A stretch of DNA of 64,000 nt. Origin: Octopus sinensis (lineage: Eukaryota). Below the pieces are notes generated by a model. The model searched no databases, was not told the origin of the DNA, and saw only the letters and a program-made list of their open reading frames with translations. The stretch is from assembly GCF_006345805.1 (NCBI RefSeq), contig NW_021836179.1:1-64000 (forward strand), given 5' to 3'. The position numbers were made by a program, and so were the translations under genes. This document shows, one piece after another, positions 12,342 to 23,330 of the stretch. Each line of letters begins with the position of its first letter. Position 1 is the first letter of the stretch.

Positions 12342-12710
12342 GGAGGCGCAATGGCCCAGTGGTTAGGGCAGCGGACTCGCGGTTTCGATTCCCAGACCGG
12401 GCGTTGTGAGTGTTTATTGAGCGAAAACACCTAAAAGCTCCACGAGGCTCTGGCAGGGGATGGTGGTGATCCCTTCTGTACTCTTTCGCCACAACTTTCT
12501 CTCTCACTCTTACTTCCTGTTTCTGTTGTACCTGTATTTCAAAGGGCCGGCCTTGTCACTCTCTGTGTCACGCTGAATATCCCCGAGAACTACGTTAAGG
12601 GTACACGTGTCTGTGGAGTGCTCAGCCACTTACACGTTAATTTCATGAGCAGGCAGTTCCGTTGATCGGATCAACCGGAACCCTCGTCGTCGTAACTGAC
12701 GGAGTGCTTC
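12342..12710 (+). mobile_element. Second tRNA-derived SINE family
   Basis: Head GGAGGCGCAATGGCCCAGTGGTTAGG (A-box) and GGTTTCGATTCC (B-box); an inverted relative lies at 13046-13345. Confidence 0.75.
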
Positions 12711-13045
12711 CTCTCTCTAATATATGTATATATCTATAGGTGTGTGTGTGTGTGTGCGTGTTACCCCTCCACAAAATATCCCAAATTTTATTTAATTTGT
12801 TTTGCGGGAAGGACTGTTTCAACGGAGTCGTGTCTTGGCCTTACCTTCAAAACGCGGATTAGACAAAACAGGGGCAACTGAAGAAGGGGAATATTCCTTG
12901 TGTTGTATGTCTTCTACTCTGTTTTTTTGTTGTTTGAAAAAAATCCGTTTACATGTTTTTGTTTCTCATTCTGTTCTACATTTTTTTTGTGTCCTGTACC
13001 CATATATGCATGTGTATATACATATAGATGTAGGTATGCACATAT

Positions 13046-13345
13046 CACCGTGACCTACCAGGCTATCGGATGTTGCTACACATCGCTGGTCACAATGCAT
13101 TTTGCATTGTTTTAGCCTTTAAATGACGCCACCCCGCTGGCTAAGCGAGCAGGCCAACAGAAGAAAGAGTGAGAGAAAGTTGTGGCGAAAGAGTAGAGCA
13201 GGGATCGCCACCACCCCCTGCCGGAGCCTCGTGGAGCTTTAGGTGTTTTCGCTCAATAAACACTCACAGCGCCCGGTCTGGGAATCGAAACCGCGATCCT
13301 ACGACCGCGCATCCGCTGCCCTAACCACTGGGCCATTGCGCCTCC
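13046..13345 (-). mobile_element. Second tRNA-derived SINE family, different 3' tail
   Basis: The reverse complement shares the first about 170 bp with 12342. A further copy of its tail lies at about 13828-13940. Confidence 0.75.
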
Positions 13346-13401
13346 ACAGGTATGCACATATATGTATGTATATATGCATATGTTGTATTTATTATATATA
13401 T

Positions 13402-13810
13402 ACTCTTTTACTTGTTTCAGTCATTTGACTGCGGCCATGCTGGAGCACCGCCTTTAGTCGAGCAAATCGACCCAGGGACTTATTCTTTGTAAGCCCAGTG
13501 CTTATTCTATCGGTCTCTTTTGCTGAACCGCTAAGTGATGGGGATGTAAACACACCAGCATCGGTTGTCAAGCAATGCTAGGGGGACAAACACAGACAAA
13601 CAAACATATACATGCACATACATATATATATATATATACGTATATACGACAGGCTTCTTTCAGTTTCCGTCTACCAAATCCACTCACAAGGCATTGGTCG
13701 GCCTGGGGCTATAGCAGAAGACACTTGCCCAAGATGCCACGCAGTGGGACTGAACCCGGAACCATGTGGTTGGTAAGCAAGCTACTTACCACACAGCCAC
13801 TCCTGTGCCT
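13402..13810 (-). mobile_element. CORE-type SINE, full length
   Basis: Reverse complement of the family consensus; nearly identical to 14798-15208, including the internal microsatellite. Confidence 0.88.
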
Positions 13811-14293
13811 CATATATATATATATCAATCACCGTGACCAACCAGGCTATCAGATGTTGCTACACATCACTGGTTACAATACGCTTCACGTTGTTTTAGC
13901 CTACAAATGATGCCACCTCGCTGGCTAAGCGAGCAGGCCAATATATATATATATTTATTGAAAAGACCCTTGTCCTCACGTCCTGCTTTTGTTGTTATCC
14001 TTACCATTATTGTTTTTACGTATTTTGGTATTTTTATTCGTGTAACATCGTCCTTTTTCCGTCCCTGTGTTGTATACATTCGAGGCTTTCTTCCAAGGAA
14101 TCTAATGCGCTTGGCTTAGATTTCCCTTGGGGGCTGCCCAGATCGGAGCAATCTCAAGATTAATCAGCCGAAATTGCGAAGATGATCCAGTTCTTGACTG
14201 ATGATTGAGGGCTTCGAATGTCCCGTCCGTGTTTTTTGTGTCGTCTTCTAAATGTTTCACGTTCTTGTCCCAGTTTGTATATTTTTTTACTTT

Positions 14294-14328
<35 letters not shown>

Positions 14329-14797
14329 TTGTTATGTTTTTTGATAACATGATAAGTTAGATAGAATGATGTATATATCATTCAACCATGGTGGTGGTTG
14401 AATATATTCTTAAGTCCACCATTCCGTCAATCACAGCAGCTTCCAGGCTTCACCACTAATTCAGTTCTCAACTAAATTGCCAACTGTGAACAGTCTTAGC
14501 ACCAGCTTATTTCACTCTTTCTCACAGAACCCTAGGGCTCTGGGGAACCCTGGTTGAGAAACGCTGACATAGGAGGATAAAAAAAACCCCAACATATTTC
14601 AAGGCCAGATGAAACGAATCAACCCACTGCCTTGTGTGTTCCAAAGTTCTCTGTTCTCTGTATCAGAAATGGCCTGGTTCTCTCTCAGCTACAATGGTGA
14701 GTGTTGCAGTTGATTCGATCAATGGAACAACCTGTTTGTGAAACTAACTGGCTGTTCCATTTATCGAATCAACAGCAACACTCTGTTTATTCTTTTT

Positions 14798-15208
14798 ACT
14801 CTTTTACTTGTTTCAGTCATTTTGACTGTGGCCATGCTGGAGCACCGCCTTTAAACAAGCAACTCGACCCCGGGACTTATTCTTTTTGTAAGCCCAGTAC
14901 TTATTCTATCGGTCTCTTTTGCCGAACCGCTAAGTAACAGGGACGTAAACACACCAGCATCGGTTGTCAAGCAATGCTAGGGGGACAAACACAGACAAAC
15001 AAACATATACACGCACATACATATATATATATATATACGTATATACGACAGGCTTCTTTCAGTTTCCGTCTACCAAATCCACTCACAAGGCATTGGTCGG
15101 CCCAGGGCTATAGCAGAAGGCACTTGCCCAAGATGCCACGCAGTGGGACTGAACCCGGAACCATGTGGTTGGTTAGCAAGCTACTTACCACACAGCCACT
15201 CCTGCGCC
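14798..15208 (-). mobile_element. CORE-type SINE, full length
   Basis: Reverse complement of the family consensus. Confidence 0.88.
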
Positions 15209-15745
15209 TTTGTAGTTTCAAAATGCCTTATTGTACGACTATGAGATGTATTATTATTGTCATGATTTTATCTTATTACAATCAACAACAAACACATTTC
15301 GTCAATATAAAAGTCTTTATTAGATTAAAAATAACATTATCAAAATACTTTGTTTTCTTCCAAACACGCCAGTAGGGAGCGAAAGAGCAAGGAACGCAGA
15401 GTGCTGACAAGAAAGAAAGGATAAAGATATCAGTGATATCTTCTGTAGGAATATATTTCTGTTCAATTAATTTAGCCTTTGATTCAATGATTTATCACAC
15501 CTGTCACAACATGGCTTCCCTGCAAGGTGAATCTGTTTATGTTTGGTTGAGGTACATCCTGTAGAGAATGGCTAACCACAGGTAAGATCTCTCACCTGTA
15601 AGTATACACCTGTGTCCAGTTAAGTGGTGATTTTAAGAGAATAAGTTACCACAAATATCACACTGATATGGTTTCTCTCCTCAATGAATGCACTTGTGTG
15701 TAGTTAACTGGTGTTTGTGAGAGAATGATTTATCACAAATATAAG

Positions 15746-15883
15746 GGTTGGCGTCAGGAAGGGCATCCAGCCGTAGAAGCATTGCCAGGTCAGACTGGGC
15801 CTGGTGCAGCTTTCTGGCTTCCCAGACCCCAGTTGAACCGTCCAACCCATGCTAGCATGGAAAGCGGACGATAACTGATGATG
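15746..15883 (+). mobile_element. RTE 3'-end fragment inserted in a decayed zinc finger
   Basis: GGTTGGCGTCAGGAAGGGCATCCAGC...CTGATGATG flanked by ATAAG on both sides (15741-15745, 15884-15888). Confidence 0.75.
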
Positions 15884-15929
15884 ATAAGTGATATGCTTTC
15901 TCTCCTGTTTGAATACCTTTGTGTTTGGT

Positions 15930-17075
15930 TCATCCATCATTATCAGAGAATGAATTATCATGGTGATATGCCTTCTCTCTTGTGGAAGTACATTTGTGCT
16001 TATTTAATTGATCATTTTGAGAGAATGACTGACCACAGGTGTCACACTGATAAGGCTCCTCTCCCGTATGAATACGTTTATGCTTAGCTAAGGTCCCTCC
16101 TACAGCGAATGACTGACCACAGATTTCACACTGATAGGGTTTCTCCCCAGTATGAATGCGCTTGTGTACAGTCAAATGTGTATTTTCAGAGAATGATTTA
16201 CCACAGATATCACACCGATAAGGTTTCTCTCCCGTATGAATACGTTTGTGTGTACTCAGGGTACTTGCTGTAGAGTACGACTGGCCACAGGTAACGCATA
16301 GATATGGTCTCTTTCCTGTATGAATGCGTTTGTGGTTATTTAAGACATTATTTTGAGAGAATGATTTACCACAGACATCACATTGAAATGGCTTCTCTCC
16401 CGTATGAATGCGTTTGTGTGTACTCAAGATACTTAACGTAGAGTATGACTGACCACAGATAACACACTGATAAGGTCTCTTTCCTGTATGAATGCGTTTG
16501 TGATTAGTTAAGACATGACTCTGAGAGAATGATTTACCACAGACATCACAGTGATATGGCCTCCCTCCTGTATGAATGCGTTTGTGCCTGGTCAAACTGC
16601 TTCCTTCAGAGAAGGACTGGCTGCAGACGTCACAACGAAATGGCTTCTCTCCTGTGTGAACGCGTTTATGTTTAGTTAGTGTACCAACTTCAGAGAACGA
16701 CTGACCACAGCAATCACACCGATAAGGTTTCTCTCCCGTATGAACGCGTTTGTGCTTAGTTAAGGTTCCTCCTTCAGAGAATGACTGACCACAGATATTG
16801 CAGCGGTACGGCCTCTCCCCAGTATGAATACGTTTGTGATTAGTTAACGCATATTTTTGATAGAATGATTTTCCACAGATATCACAGTGGTGGGGTTTCT
16901 CTCCTGTATGAATACGTTTGTGAGTAGCGAGGCTTTCTTTCCGAGCAAATGATTTTTTACAGATATCACAGTTGTGAGATGTTTTTCCTCTATCTTTTGG
17001 CACCTCCTCAATAAAGTCAAGACTTTCCGTCAGCATTTTACATTTCACATTGTCCTCACACAATTCACTTTCCAT
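15930..17075 (-). CDS. C2H2 zinc-finger protein, 11 intact plus 1 degenerate finger (381 aa)
   Basis: Intact ORF with the MESEL... leader. Acceptor at 17357/17356 and candidate donor CAG|GTAAGA at 18979/18978. Confidence 0.92.
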   Translation of the reverse strand: MESELCEDNVKCKMLTESLDFIEEVPKDRGKTSHNCDICKKSFARKESLATHKRIHTGEKPHHCDICGKSFYQKYALTNHKRIHTGERPYRCNICGQSFSEGGTLTKHKRVHTGEKPYRCDCCGQSFSEVGTLTKHKRVHTGEKPFRCDVCSQSFSEGSSLTRHKRIHTGGRPYHCDVCGKSFSQSHVLTNHKRIHTGKRPYQCVICGQSYSTLSILSTHKRIHTGEKPFQCDVCGKSFSQNNVLNNHKRIHTGKRPYLCVTCGQSYSTASTLSTHKRIHTGEKPYRCDICGKSFSENTHLTVHKRIHTGEKPYQCEICGQSFAVGGTLAKHKRIHTGEEPYQCDTCGQSFSQNDQLNKHKCTSTREKAYHHDNSFSDNDG

Positions 17076-17442
17076 AATCTATATTTTCTCACCACAATAT
17101 GCAGATGTTTACACACTTCATTCCTATAAAATTTCTTATCTTGGTCAATATCTGCAGAAGCTGCCAGCTCTTTTGTAATCCAAGGTTAATAGGAATGCAA
17201 AATCCTCATTGAAGAAGAAATATTGCTGCAGTCGCAAGAAATATTTCACACAAAATTTACCTTCTTTCTATAAACAGGGATCTCTTTGTTCTGTGTCACA
17301 GCTCTGTTTAATCTTTCAAAAATGATAAATCCTTTAATCCAATGTTATCCCGTAATCTGAAATAAGAGAGAAACTGCAGAAATTAGAGGATACTTCATAA
17401 AACAACAGAGATTACACAGATTTTACATGTTATATTCATGAT

Positions 17443-17725
17443 TCATCATCATCATCATAGGTTAATGTTTGCTTTCCATGCAAGCATGAGTGAGACAGCT
17501 TCACAAGAGCCAGCCAGGCAGAAGCCTGCACCAGACTTCTGTAACTGTTTTGGCAAGATTTTTACTGCTGGATGCCCCTCCTAACACCAACCACTCAGCA
17601 GAGTGGTCTTAGTGCTTTTTACAAGAACAGGCATGTTCAGTTTTGGCAAGGGTTTTGCAGCTGGGTGCCCTTCCAAACACCAAGCGCTTTACAGTGTGGA
17701 ATGGGTGCTTTTAAGTGCACTAACC
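17443..17725 (-). mobile_element. Diverged RTE-related 3'-end fragment with (GAT)n tail
   Basis: (CAT)n followed by TTTCCATGCAAGCATG...CCTGCACCAG...GGATGCCCCTCCTAACACCAACCACTC. Confidence 0.65.
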
Positions 17726-18075
17726 GGGTCACCAAGTACTTGCAAGAAAAAAGGAATTTCAAGGGGGGAGGGGACATTGTAGGAGATGATCGTATGTCAG
17801 ATGATGAAAGGTTAAAGGGAGACAGGGGGACAGAAAGTCTTGCTGTAGAGGAAGTACAAGGTTACCTGGCTGCAGGGAGAGATATCAGGAATGAGGACAG
17901 AAACAGGTGTGCTGCCGCAAAGGAAATACATGTTTACCCAACCTGAGGGAAGTGCGGGAAAAAGAGAGAGAGAGAGAGTGGGAGAGAGCAGGATGGAGAT
18001 GGTGGCAAAGTGCCAGGCATACTCACAAGGGACAGGGATCAGAATATGAATGGGATGGTTGAATATAGGAAGTGA

Positions 18076-18683
18076 GAGATATATATTTCTTTACTACCCA
18101 CAAGGGTCTAAACATAGAAGGGACAAACAAGGACAGACAAAGGGATTAAGTCGATTACATCGACCCCAGTGCGTAACTGGTACTTATTTAATTGACCTGA
18201 CATACATAACAGTCAAATACCTATCACCCCTCCACACCCTGACACAGAGATATACTTCTTTACTACCCACAAGGGGCTAAACACAGAGGGGACAAACAAG
18301 GACAGACAATGGGATTAAGTCGATTATATCGACCCCAGTGCGTAACTGGTACTTATTTAATCGACCTGACATACATAACAGTCAAATACCTATCACCCCT
18401 CCACCCCCTGACACAGAGATATACTTCTTTACTACCCACAAGGGGCTAAACACAGAGGGGACAAACAAGGACAGACAAAGGGATTAAGTCGATTATATCG
18501 ACCCCAGTGCGTAACTGGTACTTATTTAATCGACCTGACATACATAACAGTCAAATACCTATCACCCCTCCACACCCTGACACAGAGTTATACTTCTTTA
18601 CTACCCAAAAGGGGCTAAACACAGAGGGGACAAACAAGGACAGACAAAGGGATTAAGTCGATTATATCGACCCCAGTGCGTAA
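18076..18683. repeat. 169-bp tandem repeat (about 3.5 copies) built from a Deu/Nin-like SINE tail plus flank
   Basis: TTCTTTACTACCC recurs at about 18087, 18256, 18425 and 18594; the units are nearly identical. Confidence 0.9.
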
Positions 18684-18776
18684 ATTCCATTCCAAAATAT
18701 ATTTTAGTTAAGTCTCTTGCTAGTTTCAGGGAAGTTACGACCAAAGAAATTAAGAGACTTGTACATGCATAATACA

Positions 18777-18885
18777 TATCGGTACTACTAGCAAAGACCG
18801 GACCCGGTGCGCGAGGTCGCGCGTCCGCGCAAGCTAGTCGTAAATAGTCGATCCTACAACGACTTGAGCGTATGCAAATGAGTTG
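18777..18885 (+). mobile_element. Small GC-rich hairpin element carrying an octamer motif
   Basis: ACTAGC..GGACCCGGTGCGCGAGGTCGCGC..CTAGT followed by TATGCAAATGAG. A diverged relative sits inside units 2-6 at a different site. Confidence 0.5.
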
Positions 18886-18978
18886 ACTTTACATATAATT
18901 GAGTATCCAGGGATTCCTAGAAGCAGAATAAGAGGTCTGCCTACTGTGTATATAGATAAATATGTATTTATATCTTAC

Positions 18979-19130
18979 CTGTTACGATATACAAATCAGT
19001 ATTTGGTGTGGAAATAGATTTGATTTCACCAAAACTCCGTCAAAAGGAGAGCAAAACGAATTATTTGTCTTCTTTGCCATCGACAAAGCTTGCAGCGGAA
19101 GCGGAAGTCCATATCGTCAGGGGAAAGAAT
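18979..19130. promoter_or_regulatory. Candidate bidirectional promoter and first exon of the minus-strand ZNF
   Basis: Tandem ETS-like GCGGAAGCGGAAGT (19095-19108) and a minus-strand donor CAG|GTAAGA at 18979. It lies between divergent ZNF genes. Confidence 0.5.
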
Positions 19131-19424
19131 TGCAGTTCTACCAAGACTAGAATTGTTACCATTTCGCTTTGAGAAACGAATTTTCATAATTATTATGGAT
19201 TACCAAGTGATTTAATGGTGTTGTGATTTATTTCTTTACGGGAATAATTATCAACAGCTTCTACACGTGCTTCTAATTAAGACGAATCTAATTATATCAG
19301 ATGTAGTAATACCTCGTGTTCAGGTGAACGTTGATCTCTATGAATAACACGAAGCGACTTACATGATTTGTGATTTAATATTTCTCTTGATCACAGCTTT
19401 AGTTGGTTGATCCCTATTTTACAG

Positions 19425-19620
19425 GAAAGGGGGCAAAAAGCTTTGAATCGAGGAACTTTGCTCGCCCTTCTTCATATTTCATTTGTACCTTAGATCGAAA
19501 GCACGAATTGTTTGTATGCCCCTTTGTAGCAAATATTGTGCGCATTTCTACTATCCATGGTGGGAAAAACAAAGTGGATTTCAAGAAAGGATCCTGGTCA
19601 GATCAACAAGTATTCTAATG
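19425..19620 (+). other. 196-nt putative non-coding exon, one per unit
   Basis: TTTTACAG|G...AATG|GTAAGT. Copies at 27120-27315, 36179-36374, 42538-42733, 49369-49564, 56191-56386 and 63681-63876. Confidence 0.65.
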
Positions 19621-20655
19621 GTAAGTGAAAAAATATATCTACATAGCATTTGTTGTACACTTGTTAACGGAGGTGTGTGATATCTAAGACAAGAAACTGA
19701 ACCATAGGAGGTTAGTCTATATCTACAGACATTTGTCAGCTTTTTAAGTATTCCTGAAGACAAGCAGGAAGACCTCCCTCACAACGGCTTTCCTTTTGGT
19801 AAACGATATTTCCCCTTTTGACACCCGATTTGTGTAATTTTCTTTTGAGTCCTTTAATCGTTAATAATGTATATTTTGCCAGTAAATTTAGGGCATAACT
19901 ACAGAAATGCGGGATCCTTTCGGTTTGGGGAGTTACCAAAATTGAAATTGCAAAAATGTTTATATCATTGTTCTGTGACCCTAACCACATCTTTTCAAGG
20001 AGTTCTCAAAAATGAAGCCCCCAAAAATCAAAATATTATTCCCCGCCTAACCTGAACTCATCATATATATATATATATAGATAGATAGATAGAGATATGT
20101 ATATATGTGCGTGCATGAGTAATGTTACACAATGTTAAAGAGTAGTTGTAGTTTACAAATTCTTACATTTCACCCAATGTTATATGATGTCATTTGTTAA
20201 TTAATAAAGAAATATTGTAACATTTCTCTTTTGATCTCTCCTCTCTATCTAATTCTGTTTCTTTATTATTTCAGATTTACGGATGACATTGGCATCAAAG
20301 AAATGTTCTTTTATAATGAATACAATTTCAACATTTTTCATCTTTTAAAGTCTTGAGGAAAAGTTTACACAGAACGCATCTAAGCCTATTTCTATAAATC
20401 TTAGGTAGAAATTCAATGAAATGTTTGCTCTGAACTGAGATTAATAGCAACATTTTTCTATTTCATTAGCTGATGCTTTGCATTCTCATTACTCTTTGAT
20501 GACTTTCTAAATTTATAGCATCTTTAGATATCAGTGAAGTTTGCAGTGGAAATGTTTGTAAGGAATAAACTATAAAAAGAAGGATAAAGATAGGAGTAAA
20601 AGTTTAATGTGGTGAGAAAGGCCAAGGATTGGATCTATTTTGATTCCTCAGAGAA

Positions 20656-22275
20656 ATGCTGAAAAATATGCGAAAATCATTGTATCATTATGATATCTTT
20701 GATAAATCAGCCTCAAGAAGTGATGACTTAGAAAGACACAAGCGTACTCACACAGGAGAAGAACCGCTTGACTGTGATATCTGTGGTAAATTATTCACTA
20801 CAAGCAGTACTCTAACTACACACAGACACATTCACACAGGTGATAAATTGTTTCCCTGTGATGTCTGTGGTAAATTATTCACTGCAAGTAGTGCCTTAAT
20901 TATACACAAATGTGTTCATACAGGAGATAAACCGTATCCCTGTGATATCTGTGGTAAATCATTCACTACAATTAGTAGTGTGACTAGACACAGACGTATT
21001 CACACAGGAGAGAAACCATTTCACTGTAATATCTGTGGTAAAACATTTTCTGACGGAAGTGCCTTAATTGTACACAAACGTGTTCATACAGGAGAGACAC
21101 CATTTCACTGTAATATCTGTGGTAAATCATTCTCTGACAGAAGTGCCTTCATTGTACACAAACGTGTTCATACAGGAGAGAAACCATATCATTGTTATAT
21201 TTGTGGTAAATCTTTCACTCAGAGCACTTGCTTAGCTAAACACCGATGTTTTTATACAAGAGAGAAGCTATTTCATTGTGATACATGTGGCAAATCATTC
21301 TCTAGGAGCAATAACCTAACTAGCCACAGACATATTCATACAGGAGAGAAGCCATTTCATTGTGATGTCTGTGGTAAATCATTCTCTACAAGTGGTAACC
21401 TGTCTACACACAAACGCATTCACACAGGCGAAAATCTATTTCCGTGTGATATCTGTGGTAAATCATTCCCTCAAAGCAATCACTTAACTAGACACATACG
21501 TATTCATACAGGTGAGAAACCATATGAGTGTGATGTCTGTGGGAAATCATTCTCTGAAAGAAGTACCTTAATTAGTCACAAACGTAATCACACAGGAGAT
21601 AAGCCATTTCCGTGTGATATCTGTGGTAAATCATTCCCTACAAACAGTCATTTAACTAAACACAGACGTATTCACACAGGAGAGAAACCATTTCAATGTG
21701 ATATCTGTGGTAAATCATTTTCTAGAAACTGTGCTTTAACTTCTCACAAACGTGTTCATACAGGAGAGAAACCATTTCAATGTGATATCTGTGGTAAATC
21801 ATTCTCTGAAAGTACTACATTAATGAAACACGGACGTATTCACACAGGAGAGAAGCCATTTCACTGTGATATCTGTGGTAAATCATTCTCTCAAAATTGT
21901 CATTTAACTTCTCACAAACGTATTCATACAGGTGAGAGGCCATTTTGCTGTGATTTCTGTGGTAAGTCATTCTCTGACAGAAGTGCATTAATTATACATA
22001 AACGTGTTCATACAGGAGAGAAACCATATCACTGTGATGTCTGCAGTAAATCATTCTCTGAAAGTGCTACATTAAATAAACACAGGTGTATTCATACAGG
22101 AGAGAAACCATTTCACTGTGATATCTGTGGTAAATCATTCTCTCAAAATTGTCATTTAACATCTCACAAACGTATTCATACAGGAGAGAGGCCTTTTTGC
22201 TGTGATTTCTGTGGTAAATCATTCTCTCAGAAACGTTACTTAACTGCACACGTATCTATCCATACAAGAATTTGA
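20656..22275 (+). CDS. C2H2 zinc-finger protein, 19 finger repeats (539 aa), unit 1
   Basis: Intact ORF. Finger 1 lacks both Cys and finger 7 lacks the last His. Acceptor at 20274/20275. Confidence 0.93.
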   Translation: MLKNMRKSLYHYDIFDKSASRSDDLERHKRTHTGEEPLDCDICGKLFTTSSTLTTHRHIHTGDKLFPCDVCGKLFTASSALIIHKCVHTGDKPYPCDICGKSFTTISSVTRHRRIHTGEKPFHCNICGKTFSDGSALIVHKRVHTGETPFHCNICGKSFSDRSAFIVHKRVHTGEKPYHCYICGKSFTQSTCLAKHRCFYTREKLFHCDTCGKSFSRSNNLTSHRHIHTGEKPFHCDVCGKSFSTSGNLSTHKRIHTGENLFPCDICGKSFPQSNHLTRHIRIHTGEKPYECDVCGKSFSERSTLISHKRNHTGDKPFPCDICGKSFPTNSHLTKHRRIHTGEKPFQCDICGKSFSRNCALTSHKRVHTGEKPFQCDICGKSFSESTTLMKHGRIHTGEKPFHCDICGKSFSQNCHLTSHKRIHTGERPFCCDFCGKSFSDRSALIIHKRVHTGEKPYHCDVCSKSFSESATLNKHRCIHTGEKPFHCDICGKSFSQNCHLTSHKRIHTGERPFCCDFCGKSFSQKRYLTAHVSIHTRI

Positions 22276-23330
22276 CTGTATTATTTATCAAATGTCTTTG
22301 CAGCACACAGCAACCGACATTTTAAAACCCTTTCTCCTTGTGGGCATTGTCAGTAACTGATGAACCCTTGGTAACATTCATAATCATCAGGGTTCCTTTT
22401 TGAGGTATTGTTTATGATGCCAACCCTTTTTGTAAGCACTTACCTGGGATACACATAGTTATGCTGGGCACAGGTATTTGTTAGAATTGTGTGTAGAAAA
22501 TAATTTGTATAACCATAAATATTGCCACTTTAGAAGCACTAGATTAGACAATTGTGAGGAGTGGAAACAGTGATGTGCAGATAAATATAGTTGTGTGTGT
22601 AGCAGAATGTAGCAGACACGAGAGGCCCCTTGATATTAAAGCTGAAATCTAAAAGAGGAGAAACGTGTGAGGCAGTGCAGCATCATGAGAGCAGATGGTG
22701 GAGAAATCCAGGTGAACATCTTTTAGAGTAACTGGGTTTTTAGCAAGACACAATTTCTTGCATACTGAAAATATATACTCCATGAAGAAGATTGTGAAAT
22801 CATGTGGAGGTGACGTGGTTAAATAAATATGTCTTCAACACTGAAACTTGCTGACTTGGTTTTTATATGTACCTAAATATGTATGTTTGATTGCTTCTCG
22901 TTTATTAATTGCATCCAAGGTCTTTGTTGATGCTGGGCTTTGATCTTTGTTTGCTTGTTATTTCAGCTTGCTTCTTATTCCTCTGTGTCAATTTGCTTCT
23001 GATGAAGCAATTAGATGAACAAAGCTGCTCTTCTTTGTGTTTCTCTAGGCTGTGGGTTCGTTTAGTATCTCAGATAAAAAGTTGAATACATCGTTAGAGC
23101 ACATCCAACCCTACGCTTAATAAATTGAATGGGAAAAGCAGGCTCTTCATCCAGCTCCCCTTATTCTCCTCACCATTCCCATCACAGCCTGCATCACCTC
23201 CTGAACCCCACCCGACTCTCACTTTGGGCAGCTTCTATTTTATAATTTTATGCATGCGTGAAACATTAATAGAAGAAAACACTTTCATTTCATTTCTTAT
23301 TATGGGTCAGGGGAGGAGGTGGGGTTTTTT

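Noticed and set aside
17760-18070. Purine-rich stretch with a 124-aa ORF (17572-17946)
   Set aside because: No recognisable domain, partly overlapping repeat fragments, and no splice or codon support.
19403-19618. 71-aa ORF (MVDPYF...) repeated in all seven units
   Set aside because: It starts at TTG inside the predicted intron, has no recognisable domain, and its conservation is explained by recent duplication; at most a uORF.
22990-23030. Possible hammerhead ribozyme (CTGATGAAGCAATTAGATGAAC); similar cores near 12885 and 14198
   Set aside because: The required GAAA after stem II and the flanking stems are not present; at best a decayed Penelope-like terminus.
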